This document shows positions 25,135 through 39,400 of a stretch of 64,000 nucleotides of DNA, one piece after another. How positions within the stretch are numbered: the stretch's first letter is position 1; the number at the start of each line of letters is the position of its first letter. The notes beneath the pieces were generated by a model. That model did not search any database. It was not told where the DNA came from and saw nothing but the letters and a program-made list of their open reading frames with translations. The position numbers and the translations under genes are program-made. The stretch is from Octopus sinensis (taxonomy: Eukaryota), in contig NC_042997.1 in NCBI RefSeq assembly GCF_006345805.1, positions 77,252,001 through 77,316,000 of the forward strand, written 5' to 3'.

Positions 25135-28100
25135 TGTCTGTCTCTTTGTCTTGGCATTACACAGTTGCTGAAAATGTCACCATTATACAAGTAGCAATGG
25201 AGAAATATTTTTTTGCTTGAAAAGAGGTGAGAGTTGGTGAAATGATTCTGATATATATTATATATACATATGTGTGTGTGTGTGTGTGTTTGTATATTTA
25301 TGTATGCCTGCATAAGTGCATGTATATTTGTGTGTATATATATATGTATGTGTGCATACTCTTTTACTTGTTTCAGCCATCCGGCTGAGGCCATGCTGGG
25401 GCACCGCCCTTGTATATGTATAAACATTTTGTATTTTCAGCCTCTAAGGGACCAGCTGTTGTTCAGTGGACATTTACTTATAACTGTTGGACATTACTCA
25501 AATGTGAACTCCAAGAACTTCTACTTCAAGTTTCAAGATCTCCAAGTATGTTTCTTAACTGAATCAGATTTCGGTTAGAAAATATAAATTTTAGTGTTTG
25601 TTATGAAAAATAGTTTTTATCAAATAATTTCTTCAACTTGAAGCCCATAGTAATAAACTTCAAAGGAAGTCTTCTATTAAAATATATATACCAGTAGTTC
25701 ATACAACTATGTAAATTACAGATGTGTTTGTCAAACTACTTAAAGATATAAAATGAGGCCAGATTCTTCTTCAAGGTATTTTAACTTTGACAAATTTCCT
25801 AAGACAATACAAAATCATAACAGCATTAGAGAAAACCCTTCATAGCCAATATAAACAGTATTTTAGTTGCATCAGAAGTGCTGAAGCAACTAACAAACAT
25901 AATTAGTTATAGATGGAGGAGTCTGGTTTACTTAAATGGCTTGTCTTATGTAGTAAGAACATTTTGACATGTGGGTGTAGCTTGAGGAACAAATAATAGT
26001 GTAATGGCTAGATTTTATAGTGAAATTTCAGTTGCTGTTATTGCTCGTCACAAAATCTCTCTCTATACAGAAAGTAAACTGTATAAGAAGTATGAGTGCA
26101 TATGGTTGTGTAAATAGGCATTCAATATAGAGTATCTACATTAAATAAAGTGGGACACATTAAAATAAGAGTAGCCTACTGGTAGAGAGTTTTAACTAAT
26201 TTGAAAGACTGGAACCAAATGAACATCAAATATATTGACCAATGCATACATAACCAGTTATTTCATTAGCATGTAAAGATGATTTGGCAAATGTATTTAA
26301 ATAAGATTTGAGAAAAATTTCATGACAGATCAAGAACCAGGCCAGTGTAACCTATTATAAAGCAAATATTAAGACAATGAGGAAGTAGATGTTCATGAGA
26401 ATTGAATTTACTCAAATGAAATGGGCTTCATTCATTATTTTAACATATACACTTGTTTATTCTTTTCATTTTTTAATTTGTGAGTTCTCTGGTATATTCT
26501 ATTTTCTATATTTTCCAAATTCACATTGTATTCCAGTATGCTAATATCTATTCTTGGTTAACTATATATATTTTAGAAAAACACCAAACAACTATATCAA
26601 AATATATTGTGGTGGCCTGTTTTGTAAATTGAGTGTATAAACTACTGGTACCTTTGGGAAGACTATTTAGCTTAAAAGCCTTAAAACCAATTCATTTCTT
26701 TAGTAGTTTTTGTATTTTATTTTGTATTCTGTTTATTATATATGTTATAGAGTGTTGGAGTAGATGTATGATACTTTGGTATTTATAAGTTTTGAGTTCA
26801 AAAACCTCAGGGACACCTTGTTCTGAACAGTTTATACACTCTTAATATTTTTATTTGCTCCTTGATTACCCTAAAATCATTATACTGTTCTTTGAACTGA
26901 GATACTACCACATGGTAGACTTTTCTGCACAAAGAAATAATAACTTCATAATCGTCATCATCATTTTATGTCTCTTTTCCTTATTGGTATGGGTAAGAAA
27001 GTCAACAGGATTTAGTGAGTTTGACAACCACATATTGCTCCAATGTCTCATTTGTAGCATGATTTTTATAGCTGATTGCCCTTGTTATATGCCATCCACT
27101 TTATACTGTGTACTGTGCATGTTTTGGTGGCATCAACTCTATAAAGTTGCTTCAATTGAGCAAATAAAAATATAATAAATATCAACATTAAGAAACAGAA
27201 AGAGATTTCAGCAGTAAGGAATCTGGGCTGTTATGCTCTTTATTGTAGCCTTTTCACATAATTTCTAAATATAGTTTTACAATCCTTTTTTCAGATTTGA
27301 TTGATAATGAACAGATAGATCATGCATGCCAAATTGTCAATCTTATTAAATCAATAATTACAAATGTGCCAGATTCTGTAAACCAGTTTGAGGAAATAAC
27401 AGATCTTTGCTACCAAATTATACACAGGTAAGAGAATGTTTTTTTTTTATTTCCTTTTTTTCAATACTATTAATAAAAAAAAAATTTTGTGGTCCATTTC
27501 ATGTTCCAGCTTTGCATCTTCAACTATGCCATACAAGACACAGTGTAATCAGTATTCAAAATATGTTGTGTAGGGACATATTTGCAATTCTTTATGCTCC
27601 TAAGTACTACCAGACACAGACTTTTCAAACTTTGTACATCAACTGCATGAGATGGACATCACCAAAATTTGGTCCTTTTTCCATTTCAATGTCGGTTGTC
27701 AATTTTAAAAAAAAAAGCATAGCTGTCAAATGCATCAACTGCTCTATATGTTCTTCTGTCTCTTTTTGATATATTTTATCTTTCAGTTTTGTTTTTTATT
27801 TCTCTCATTGCTTTTCAATGGCTCTTGTGAATTGAGCAGATTTTTCAAGACTTGAGAATAAGCATCTCACAATAAATTTGTTATCTAAATCCATTTTCTA
27901 AAACACCTTCATAAGAGTCATTTCAGTGGGTAAATGAGAAAAGGTCATTAGGAAATACATTACATGTGATGTACTAACAGCAAGAATGTCCCTCAGCTTT
28001 TTTCTTCAACAGAAAAGACAAAGATTGCATTCTCAAAACTAAAGTGCCTACTCAAAGACATGAAGGACCATAAGGCCATTCAATGGACCCTGGTGGTAGA

Positions 28101-31100
28101 AGTGCAATGTGACAATGAAGCTACGATTCAGTCTTTGACAAACTAGAATGAATCTTGCTGCTTTGATTCCAAGCAAATGTGTGCAGTTTTCCTGTGGCAC
28201 TGTATTCAACTGATAAGGGAAGATTTTGGATTTTAGTTTCCGCTATCCCCAAATCATAGCACTGTTGGTGTCATCTATATTTAAATAAAACTCTTCCCCT
28301 TTTTCTTCTCGGTAATTAAAGCTTGTCAGTATTACATTTAGTATGGTGTGCATTATGAACTATTTTCTAATTCTACTATCCAATTCCAGTAAGCTTTATC
28401 CACTTAAAAAAAAAAAAGTGTCTCAACAGTTTCATAGCCCACATATTGATTGTCTTGACAATATTATGTCCAGTTAGTTTTGGTTCTTGCTCCTTCCTAA
28501 CTCTTGTTTTGTTCTCTTAAGTGATTTATTATTTTTTAGGGTATCACTTGTGGCTCTTTCCATTCTCAGTTCAAATCATGCCAAGATCAATTGTACCTTT
28601 TTTTGGAGTTAATAAAATATGGGACCAGTCAAGTACTGAGGTTGATGTAATTGACTTGATCCTCTCCTGAAAATTGCTGACTTTGTGTGATATTAGAAAA
28701 AAATATTGTTGTTGTCATCATCATCACTGCTACTGCTGCACTGGATTGGCAGAATCAGAAGAGCATAGAATTACATTTAGATACTCCCTTTGTTCTCACT
28801 TCCAGTTCTGCCAAAGTCATCTTTGCCTTCTATCCTTGCAGGGTTGATAATATAAGTGTTAATCTTTCTATATTGTACTCAACAACAAAATGTGTTGTCT
28901 TGTGTTAAATAATTATTTTCTCTTTTTAATGGTCTCCTTGAATTTTCACTGTACCACCAGATATATGCTGTATTTTGGGGGTCTGTGTAACATTTATTGT
29001 TTATCTTCTAAATTGGCCCTGGATGAACAGATCTATGATCAAAGACTTCCAATCCAGCACTGTCCCACTGTACTCCATTATCCAATGTGTTAAGGCAGAT
29101 TTTCTACAGCTAGGGCCCTTCTGCCACCAGCCCTTTCCTCTTTCCAAGGAAAGATGACATCTTCCCTTAGCTGGACATTTTCAGGAAAAACTGGAAACAA
29201 ATGATATCACTTGTATGAGTGTTACTGGTTTACAACCATCATCCAATATAAAGGCACTCACACATACACACACACACGATAGGCTTCTTTCAGTTTCTAC
29301 CTACCAAATCTACTTAAAAGACTTTTGTTGGCCCAAGGCTCTATTAGAAGATACTTACCCAAAGTGCCATACAAGAGGACTAAACTTGAAACAATGTAGT
29401 TGACTTCAGTGAGCCACTGACCTATTCATCTTCATATAAAGTCATTGATGTGGTGGTCCTCAGTGATACTAATTTTGATCCTGTTTCCAGAAGCCCAATC
29501 TCTTCAATCTGCAAGGTAGTTACATTAAATGATATTAAAACGATTTCAGAAAACATACTACCAGAACTAGAGAAAAAGTTTCAAGTGTGGAGGCAAGGTC
29601 TAGAATCGAAGGGCCTTAGAGTCGATCTAGTAAAAAGCAAAGTCTCAGTAAGCAGGAAGGCAGACAAATCACAAATCCCTTCAGGTAGATGGCCCAGCTC
29701 GATCTGTAGAAAAGGCATAGATAGAAACTCCATAAGATGTACCCAGTGTAAGCTATGGATACATAAGAGGTGCAGCAATATCAGAGGAGGGTTAACTGGG
29801 AAGATAGTTTTTGTGTGGCAGATGCACAGGGGCAATAAACACTGAAGATGTGCAGAAAACAGATTCTTTCGCATGCTAAGGGGAAAAACTAGGTTACCTA
29901 GGTGACCAAATCAGTAGTGGAGGTGGATACTCTGAGAGCATAACTGCTACAATAAGAATAGCCTGGGCAGAGAGCTCCTAACTCTACTGGTAACAAAGGG
30001 CCTCTTGCTCAGATTGAATGGTAGACTGTTTGATGCATTTGTGCGAACAGCCATGCTACACAGCAGTAAAACATGGGCTGTGACTGCTGAGGACACGCGA
30101 CATGCTTGAAACAAATAAAGCTCTACTGGATGTGTAATGTCAGTGTGCATACATGACAGAGTGTAAGCGCCCTGAGAGAAATGTTGGACATAAAAAGCAT
30201 CAGATGTGGTGTGCAAGAGAGTGGAGGGAACCTATGGAAGAGGTAGGCTTTGAAAGACAAGGGATAAGGTGGTGAAGCACGGCCTTCAAACATTGGGCCT
30301 CACAGAGGTGATGACAAGCGACCGAGACCTTTGGAGATATGCTGTACTTGAGAAGACCTAGCAAGCCAAGTGAGATCATAGCCAGTCAATGCCAGCGCCA
30401 CCTGACTGACACCCATGCCAGTGACACATAAAAAGCACCATTTGAAAATGGTTGATGCCAGTGCCGCCTGACTAGCTCCCGTGCTGGTGGCACATAAAAA
30501 GCACTATACAAGTGTGGTCAATGCCTGTGCTGCCTGACTTCCTCTTGTGTTGGCCGCACCTAAAAAGCACCCACTACACTCTCGGAGTGGTTGGCTTTAG
30601 GAAGGGCATCCATCTGTAGATCAGATTGGAGTCTGGTGTAGCCATCTGGTTTGCCAGTCCTCAGTCAAACCATCCAACCCATGCAGGCATGGAAAACAGA
30701 TGGTGATGCTGCTGCCACAGATGATGATGATGACGATGAAACAAGTAGAGTAACTAGTCTCATCCAGAATTAGGCTGGGAGAAAGCTATCCCTGAAAGAT
30801 TAGAAGGAGTGGCAAATGTATACATGACTTCTGTTATTTATTCCTGTCTGAGCTTTGTATCTTACCCTAGTTCTCATCTGAACAGATTTGAATGCCTGCT
30901 CTTTTGTTTCTTGTGGAAAGATGAGTTCCATAAGTCAGAGGGTCTGTAAGGAGGCTCTATATATTGAGACTGATGTTGTGCTGGTAAGTACTAGAGTTGT
31001 AGAAAAGATACCAAGTTGATGATCACATCTGTTTACAGCTTATCTTTTTACAGGGCTATGGGACTGGGGTCATTTGCTAGTTTTTGATACCTTACAAACA

Positions 31101-34100
31101 TGAAAGTATTGTTTGAAATGTCTGAGTGTACTGTTCTCGGCATGCTCTTCTGTTGCCAATCTTCCAGTGTCTCATCCCCAGTATTTGCTCTTTACTTTCT
31201 GCTCAATCTTTCATCTCCTCAACTACATTTCTTCAAAAAAAAAAAACTTTTTCTATCTATAGTTTCTTTTCAATGTCCTAAAATCCATCAAGCTAACAAA
31301 CTTTTTAAAAATCTAAAAATTGACATCTCTTTTAAAGATACTTTTCAGTTTGAAGATGTCCAAGTTTTCAGTCTCATCTGACATAAGCTAATAAAGAAAA
31401 AAGTTCTAAAAATATGGAATGAAATGGCTGTAAATTGCTCTCAGGGGAATTTCAGTAAAAAATAAACTTAAACATCTATAGGAAATAACTTTTGAGATAT
31501 ATTTTACAACTGAACCTGAATGACTCACATGCTAATACTTCTACATAAATAATGCATACAAATGTATATATCAATTATATGGAAGAATTTAACTAAAATA
31601 ATTTTTAGCACTTAAGTTTACTGTAATAGAGTGAAAAAACCCATAAAGATATAATTAAATTTACATTAACCCTATATGATAAGTACTTTTATTTTAAAAA
31701 GCAAGTTCCTAAATGGATTGGATTTTCTTTTTCCCTTAAACTAAGACATCTGAATGTAATAACAGTATGAAACCAATAAATTTTTAATTATCTCTGAACC
31801 ATATAGCATAGCTGTAACATATAGTGCAAAAACGTAAATATATAAGTTTATGGGCATAGATATTCTAAAAGTATTAGGAACAAAGTATTTCATAGAGGAA
31901 TATAGCTTATCCCTATATCGTTGATTTACTTCTACAGAAACCTGATTAAGTGTTCTATGAATTACTGGCTACCTTCTTATCTGTTCAATGGTATTTCACT
32001 CTAGAAATCAACATTCACTGAAAATGAACAGAAAAACAATTTTTATGAGATCCTCTTGTAGACCACTATGATAATGAATTACAGCAATTCATTATCATAA
32101 TTACCTCTGCCAAGGAAAGAGGTTATGTTTTCATCGGCATTGGTTTGTCCGTCTGTATGCAAAATAACTCGAAATGTTGTGAACGGTATTTAATGAAACT
32201 TGCAGGAAAAGTTGGTAATGACACAAGGAACAGATGATGACATATTGGTAGTGATCCAGGAAATTTTATGGATTCTTGAAGAATTTTTCATTTGTTATAT
32301 TTATTTTACATGAAGTGTTACAATGTTACATTCTTTGATTATCTCCCTTGAAAACACATTCATCATTTCCACATAACCTATGGTGGCGTTGCTGTTTCCA
32401 AAGTTTATTTTCATTTCTCTATTAGTAATTTTACCCATGTATCTATCTTAAAATGAGCTGCTTGGTGGAGATCTGCGCTCTCTGAGTGCTTTTCTAGCTA
32501 ACAAATGTAATCAACATGTTGGGCAACATTTTGATGACCACTCCAACATACATGGAGGCTATAGATATGATACAAAGAATGAAGAGGAATCAAGGTTTGT
32601 AGAATTTTGCAATACACATAAACAATTCATTTGCATCGTATAAAAGTCACCTCAATCTTCAATTTGAAATTACAGGGAGCTTTTATCATCAACTGCTACA
32701 ATTACAGGGAGCAGTTTCATTGTCAACTGCTACAAAGGCAAAGGTGATCTCTACACATAAAATTAATGGACCATATTATTAAAGTTACAGAAAGAATTGT
32801 AGCACAACTGATTAGAAAGAGAATTAGCATTAATGAGGTATAGTTCAGGGTTAAAACAGGACTGGATACTACTGATGCTTTTCTCCTAGTGAAACAACTG
32901 TAGGTGAAGTATTAAGCTAAGTGAAAGCCATTCAACTTAGCTTTCATTGGCTAGAAAGGTTCCCATGCTCTGCAAGTCACTAAGAAAGCTTCTAAGAACT
33001 ATGCATGCCATGTACAGAGGTACTGTCAGCAATGTGAGAGTCAATAATTTGTTCAACTTGAAAATCAACATAGAGGTAGGTGTTGATTAGGGCTCAATTC
33101 ACAACTCCCTTCTCTTTAATTATAGTCCTCCTGGTCATAACGCCGGGATTTGATATCAGCTGCTTATGAAAAATCCTGTATACTGATGATGTTCTCATAG
33201 CCATGAATTTCTTTACCATCAACCATTATGTGGTTGTGTACTAAAATCCTCTTTCTGTTTCACACAAATACACTCACTACTCTCTTTTATCACTCTGTCA
33301 TCTCTTTACTTATAACCATCATGTAGATGTTTCTCATGCTCCTTCCCTTTTCTTTCTCTCTCTTTTTGACTTTCTCCCTATTCTATACTGTATGTAATAA
33401 AGGGTCAAACAAATGGAGACAATGCAAGGAAGAGAGGGCAAGACAACATCTCTGATGCTAGTGAAAAAAACTGAGACAGCATAGGGTATACTGAACCCTT
33501 TAGTCTTAGACAAAACAACCTCACTAGTGCTGGTGCCATATTATAATGCACCCAATACACTAAAGTGGGTGACAGGAGGAACAACATAGAGCCAGAGAAA
33601 CCATGCTAAAATTGTAACATATGTGTAAGATGTGGTCCCTAATTCATTTAGGAAGGCAGTAACTCCAGGTAAAATCTGACTCAAACCATAACAGCCAGCC
33701 TGACTCATACCAGCATAGGAGGGCAGACATAAAATGACACTGATGAGTGTTTGTGACAGTGATAACTTTATTCTGGTTATTTCTGTACTTACAGTATTTT
33801 ATTGCTGTTAAGGACACAATTAAGAGAGAGAAAAGAAAATTATGTGGTTTCATGAGTCAACGAGAGAGCTACCACATACTTGCTCTGTCAACTATAGCAG
33901 CCAAATTTCTTCCAGATCACTTGCCCTTAATCATTTGCCCTTAATCATTTAAAGCCACCATGACTTCAGAAATTAATAATAATTGCTCCCATGCTTTATA
34001 ATACTCTATAAGAAAAGCTGACAGGAGCTATCAAACAGCATCAACATTGACTGACCTACATAATTGACCTAACTGGTTTCAGTCATTGGATTGGAACCAA

Positions 34101-36360
34101 ATTCTTGGGTATAGTTCATTACATTGACCCCACTACTTATGTTATTAAACTCAGAAGGATGAAAGGCAAAGTAAACTTGGTGGGGATACTACACAGTATT
34201 TTATTTGATTGTTTGTTGATTCTATCATCTGAAATTTGCTTTTGTAACTTTTATCATTTGCTTTCATCCTTACCTCTCTATAATAACTTGTCATACATAT
34301 AAAACTAACCATACTAACTATTCTACTGAAGTGACAATGCTTTTGTTGTTGTAATAAGTTACATCCAAACTGAAAGGATTACATTACTGTGAGAATATAT
34401 TGCAGCAAACTACATAAAAATTGGTAGTATTTCAACTTTTAGTTCACTGTCATTAATGTATTTCTATGTGATGGTGGCAGTGGTGCTGCTGCTGTTTTTC
34501 TTATTGTTCTTATTTCCATGAATCACTAAGTGTTAAGAACCTGGTTGTCTAAAACAAGATTATTTATGTATCAACTATTTCACATCATCTCTTGTATGAA
34601 ACAAGATCAATTGGAGACTAATCCAGCAGATAGAAGAAATAAGTTTATAATTGACAATATGTTCACCAATGTATTCTTTTTTGCTGTTTCTTTTCTTACT
34701 TCAAAACAAATTCTCATTTTCTTCCTAATAAACCCGATATTTTCCATCAAACATCTCTAAATACTATTTTAGCCTGTTTATGATACAATGTCATTAATAC
34801 TTCCAGATAAGATTTTAGATCTAAATTCAATCTTCTTTGTTTATTTTATAACTTGTAATTTTATGCTCTAGGATAATATCTATTCCATTTTTTCTCCTTA
34901 ATATAAAACCAATTTCACTTTCAACTTGGGTAAATTTTCTTGTAGGAGCTAACAAACAATTACTATAACCTACAGGCTTTCTGCTGCCTATTACAGACTC
35001 TGTTTCACAGAGATACATCGATTTTAATGTTCTTTTAACTTGTTTTAGTAAACACAACTCCAATATGACAAGAAGCTTACATAACACTGTTTCTTTTGTA
35101 TTTTGGTTTGTTTATGTGGGGCGGAAGTATGTTCCCCATAACATCTTTTTCTATAAATGGAAATTATATCTTTTTTTTTTCAATTTGCAGAGATGAATGT
35201 TCTGTAATTCTTGACATCATAGCTCATATCAGATTTTCAATTCTTGTCTTTTGGTGTCATTCTATTTCTCTTTTAGAAATCCTCCTACATTGCATCACAT
35301 ATGCAGAATAATGTTTAGTAAAAATATTTATGTTTTTACAGCTAGAGATGCTCTTCCTACCTCTATCACTCATTTTTAAGAATAAGAATGGAATCTGTTT
35401 TTGATTCAGTCAAGTAAACTGGTGCAAGATGAATTCAGGTGTTTTACTAGAGAGAATGGAACATTGGTAATAGTAAAATCTGAACGATCAGCTTTCCAAT
35501 AGAGATATTCTTAAATTTTCAGAAACTAAACAATGGTTATATAATCATCATCATCATCATCATCATCATTGTTTAACGTCCACTTTCCATGCTAGCATGG
35601 ATTAGACGGTTTGACTGTGGGCTGGTGAACCAGATGACTGCACCAGGCTCCAGTATTGATCTGGCAGAGTTTCTACAGCTGGATGCCCTTCCTAACGCCA
35701 ACCACTCCGAGAGTGTAGTGGGTGCTTCTACATACCACTGGCACGGGGGCCAGTCAGGTGGTACTGGCAATGACCTCACTCGAATCTTTTTACACATGCC
35801 AACGGCACAGGTGCCAGTAAGGTGCTTGTAACAATCCCACTCGAATGGTGCCTCCTACATGCCACCGGCATGGAAGCCAGTTAGCAGCTCTGGCAACGAT
35901 CATGCTCGGATGGTGTTCTTAGCACCCTACTAGCACGGGGCACAAGTGCCAATGATTTCAATAATAATAAGTTGTTTGATCGTAACTAGTTGAGCATGTC
36001 CCTTAGTGGCTGACGATACATGCATCTCTGATCACAAGCAGAAGTAGAAGGGGAGCATCATGGCCATGTGTTGAAAGGAATTCTTTGGGTTTGGATAATT
36101 CAGCTCTGGAAACATACGTGTTTCATTCAGCATACATAAACAACCCTTATTCAGGGATGTTTTGAGCAGGATGGGCTACTTGTCCTGCAGAAAATTCAAA
36201 CTGGGCCTCACCCGGATATGAGATTACCATGTCATGCACATATGGTTGTGATGCATGTGCCTGGTGTACCCTTATCGGACAGGTAGTCATGACGGGTATA
36301 CTGGGCTTTGCTTATTTATGCCTCAGTGTCACTTTGATGGCATGCATTGCTCTCTCACTC

Positions 36361-36400
<40 letters not shown>

Positions 36401-39400
36401 GACAAGATGAAGAGCATGATGCAATTGCAATAGATATTTTATTGGTTGAATAATATTTCGACAGGAAGCAATGTCTTTGTCAAGTTCAAAATAAAAAGTG
36501 ATAAAAATTCAAAATTATAGAAATTCAAATCTAAAATATGAACGAGAGCAACTAGCATCCATATGTTGATGGAATGACATCATCAGTCTTTAAGTTTCAA
36601 TTTCATAACTGGCGGAAAGAAAAAGACAGAACAAAAAGAAAGGAAAATGAAAAATATTTAATCAAACAGTTTTGTATAAATTTGATGATATTCTCCTGCC
36701 ATTTTATTCATTCCTCCAGGGCATGATGCTAATATTTCTCCTTATGCATTTTGAGTATTGAAAGTGAAGCGGATTCAGAATATTTTCTGAGAATATGCAC
36801 TTTCAAGTCTTTTTCAAAATTACAAAGTGTTCATCAAGTTCTGTCAAACTACTATTATTGTGCCTGATGTCATATCTGTGCCCATTAAATATTTTGTTTA
36901 ATTGTTCTGTTGTACAACCAACATAAATCAAGTTATGTTTGGTGCATTCTGCTATGTACACCAAATGGAAATCTCTACACATCCCACCTTCTGTGTTAAT
37001 TGTAACATTTCCATTATAATTCCTGATGGAATTAACTTGACTCGTGTTGTTGCACAATGAACAGGGCTTGGGGCTGTTTTTCAAGGTACAGTATGCAGAT
37101 ATTCCAATGTTAGTTTTCTTGGAGTCAGAAATAGTTCTCTTATAATTTTATTCCATTTAAAGGCTTCAGTATACAGCTGAGGAAATATTTGTTTGAAATG
37201 AAGATATTTTTCCACAACATGCTGGTAACTTTCATGCAACTCTTTTGAAATACCAGTGAAATTTCAGTGCCAGTTAATTACTAAAGGAATTCTGTCACAT
37301 ATTGTATTGTTTGCTAAAGTTATGCATGGAGGTTTGACTTTCTTTGCTAATCTTAGCTATCTTATTTGCAATTTCCTTTAATCATGATTCACTGTAACCG
37401 CGTTTTACATAATTGTGTACAAAAGCATTTGCATGTTTCCAGTAATCCCCTATGTCAGTACAAATCCATTTTATCCTCAAAAGTTGGGATTTCGGATTTG
37501 ACCGAATTATATGATGTGGATGAGTAGCAGTGGAGGTAAATGTGGAATGATGTGAGCTTGCAAAATAACTCTATCACTATTCTGCCTCCAGAAAACTTAA
37601 TTTTTGTGTCAACGCTAGCTTTTGTAAAACTAGATGTAAATTTTATGTTGGGCTTAAAGCCATAGTTTTTAGCATAAAAGTCACAGAAATACAAGAAGTC
37701 AATTAAACTATCCTGTGATCCTTCCCTGACAAAAAAGATTATGTTGGACTTAAAGCCACAGTTTTTAACATAACAGTCACAGAAATATCCAACCATCTTT
37801 TAGATTGGTAGGGTAGTGGGGTAAGACTTCTTTCAGTTGTAAACATGAAAATTGAAGACTGATGACGTCATTCTGTCAACATGAGAATGCAGGTTGCACT
37901 TGTTCAAATTTTTGAATTTGAATTTGTGTGTATCACTTTTCATTTTGAACTTGACAAAGACAGGCAAGCTGTTGAAATATTCAAACCAATAAAATATCTT
38001 TTGCAATCACATAGCACTCTTCGCATTGTCTATTTACCTTTGTGATGAATTACATCAATCCTTTTAAAATATAATAGTAATAATAGTTATGGCATGGATA
38101 GAATAATGGAAAGCAATTGACAATGTCCTACATAAATGGATACTATGGCCTTTGAGATATACAAGATATCTCCTGTCATCTCATGATTCTTACAAAATAG
38201 CAATGGCCAAGTGGAACACATGTCTCTTTTTAAACTGTAGTAATGGGATGAGCCAGCCTAACAGCATAAAGGTCAAATGAGGCATCTTTAATAATAATAA
38301 TAATAATAATAATAAACAAATATTGCACTACATGGAAAGTTTGGGCGCCAGGAGAGACATGCAGTGTTCTAAAAACCTTCCAAACTTTGGAACAGCTTTT
38401 ATTTGAAAGCCTTTTGTGTAGACTTGACACTGAGTTTGAGAAAAAAGCACAAACCAATATGTTAAATCAATTCTGTGCAATAGAGAAATAATAATGATTT
38501 CTAAAGTAGGAACAAGGCCAGGAAGTTGGGGCAAGGCTGATTATATTGATTTCAGTATTTGACTGGTCCCTAATTTATTATTAACTCTGAAAGGATGAAA
38601 AGCAAAGTTGACTTTGGGGAGATTTAAATTCCAAATGAAAAAAGTTGAAACAAATGCCTCAGGACATTTTGTCTAAGACTGAACCCAAGAGATTACAAGA
38701 TGAGAACCCCTTGTAATCATCAAAAATGAGTACCATGAGTTGTGCTCTAGAAATACTTGTTCCACTAATGGCTGCCATATCTATATCTAACAACCTGAGG
38801 TCATTGAGCAAGTGACCTTGCTTCCAAACCAAGTGTAGCCATTTAGTTAGGCAAAAGAAAGTGAAAAGGCTATTTTGATCCAACCTTGTTTTAGATTGGT
38901 GGGGTAGTGGGATAAAGCTTCTTTCAAATGCTTAATGATAATAGTAATTTCAAATTTTGGCACAAAGCCAGCAATTTCAGGGGAGTGGGAAAGTTGATTA
39001 TATCGACCCGTGTTCATCTGATGCTTATTTTATTGACCCTGAAAGGATGACAGGCAAAGTCAATGTCAGTGGAATTTGAACGTTAAGGCAGATAAAATGC
39101 ACTAAGCATTTTGCCCAGTGTGCTAATGATTCTACCAGCTCACTGCCTTCAATAATAATAATGATGGTGATAATTCTTTCAGCTATAGGCACAAAGCCTA
39201 GAATTCTTAGGGAGGAGCTTGTCTTATTTTAATGAACCCTGAAAGGATGAAGGGCAAAGTCAACCCCAATAGCATTTGAACTCAACATAAAGACAGATCA
39301 AATGCCACTTGGGATTCTGTCTGGTGTGCTCACAATTCTGCTAGCTCACCACCTAAACAATTGACTCTGTAGATTCAATTGTCTAGACATGTAGTTTTGT

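Larger units (their letters stand above)
36397..38035 (-). mobile_element. Penelope-like element (Neptune-type), RT C-terminus plus GIY-YIG, with inverted pseudo-LTR
   Basis: IFFV.EGSQDSLIDFL..IKFT..KLTSFHIYLH; YVKRGY; KPCSLC; LVYIAECTKHNLIYVGCTTEQL..F.GH. 3' pLTR at ~36397-36610 (-), inverted copy at ~37846-38035 (+). Confidence 0.9.
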
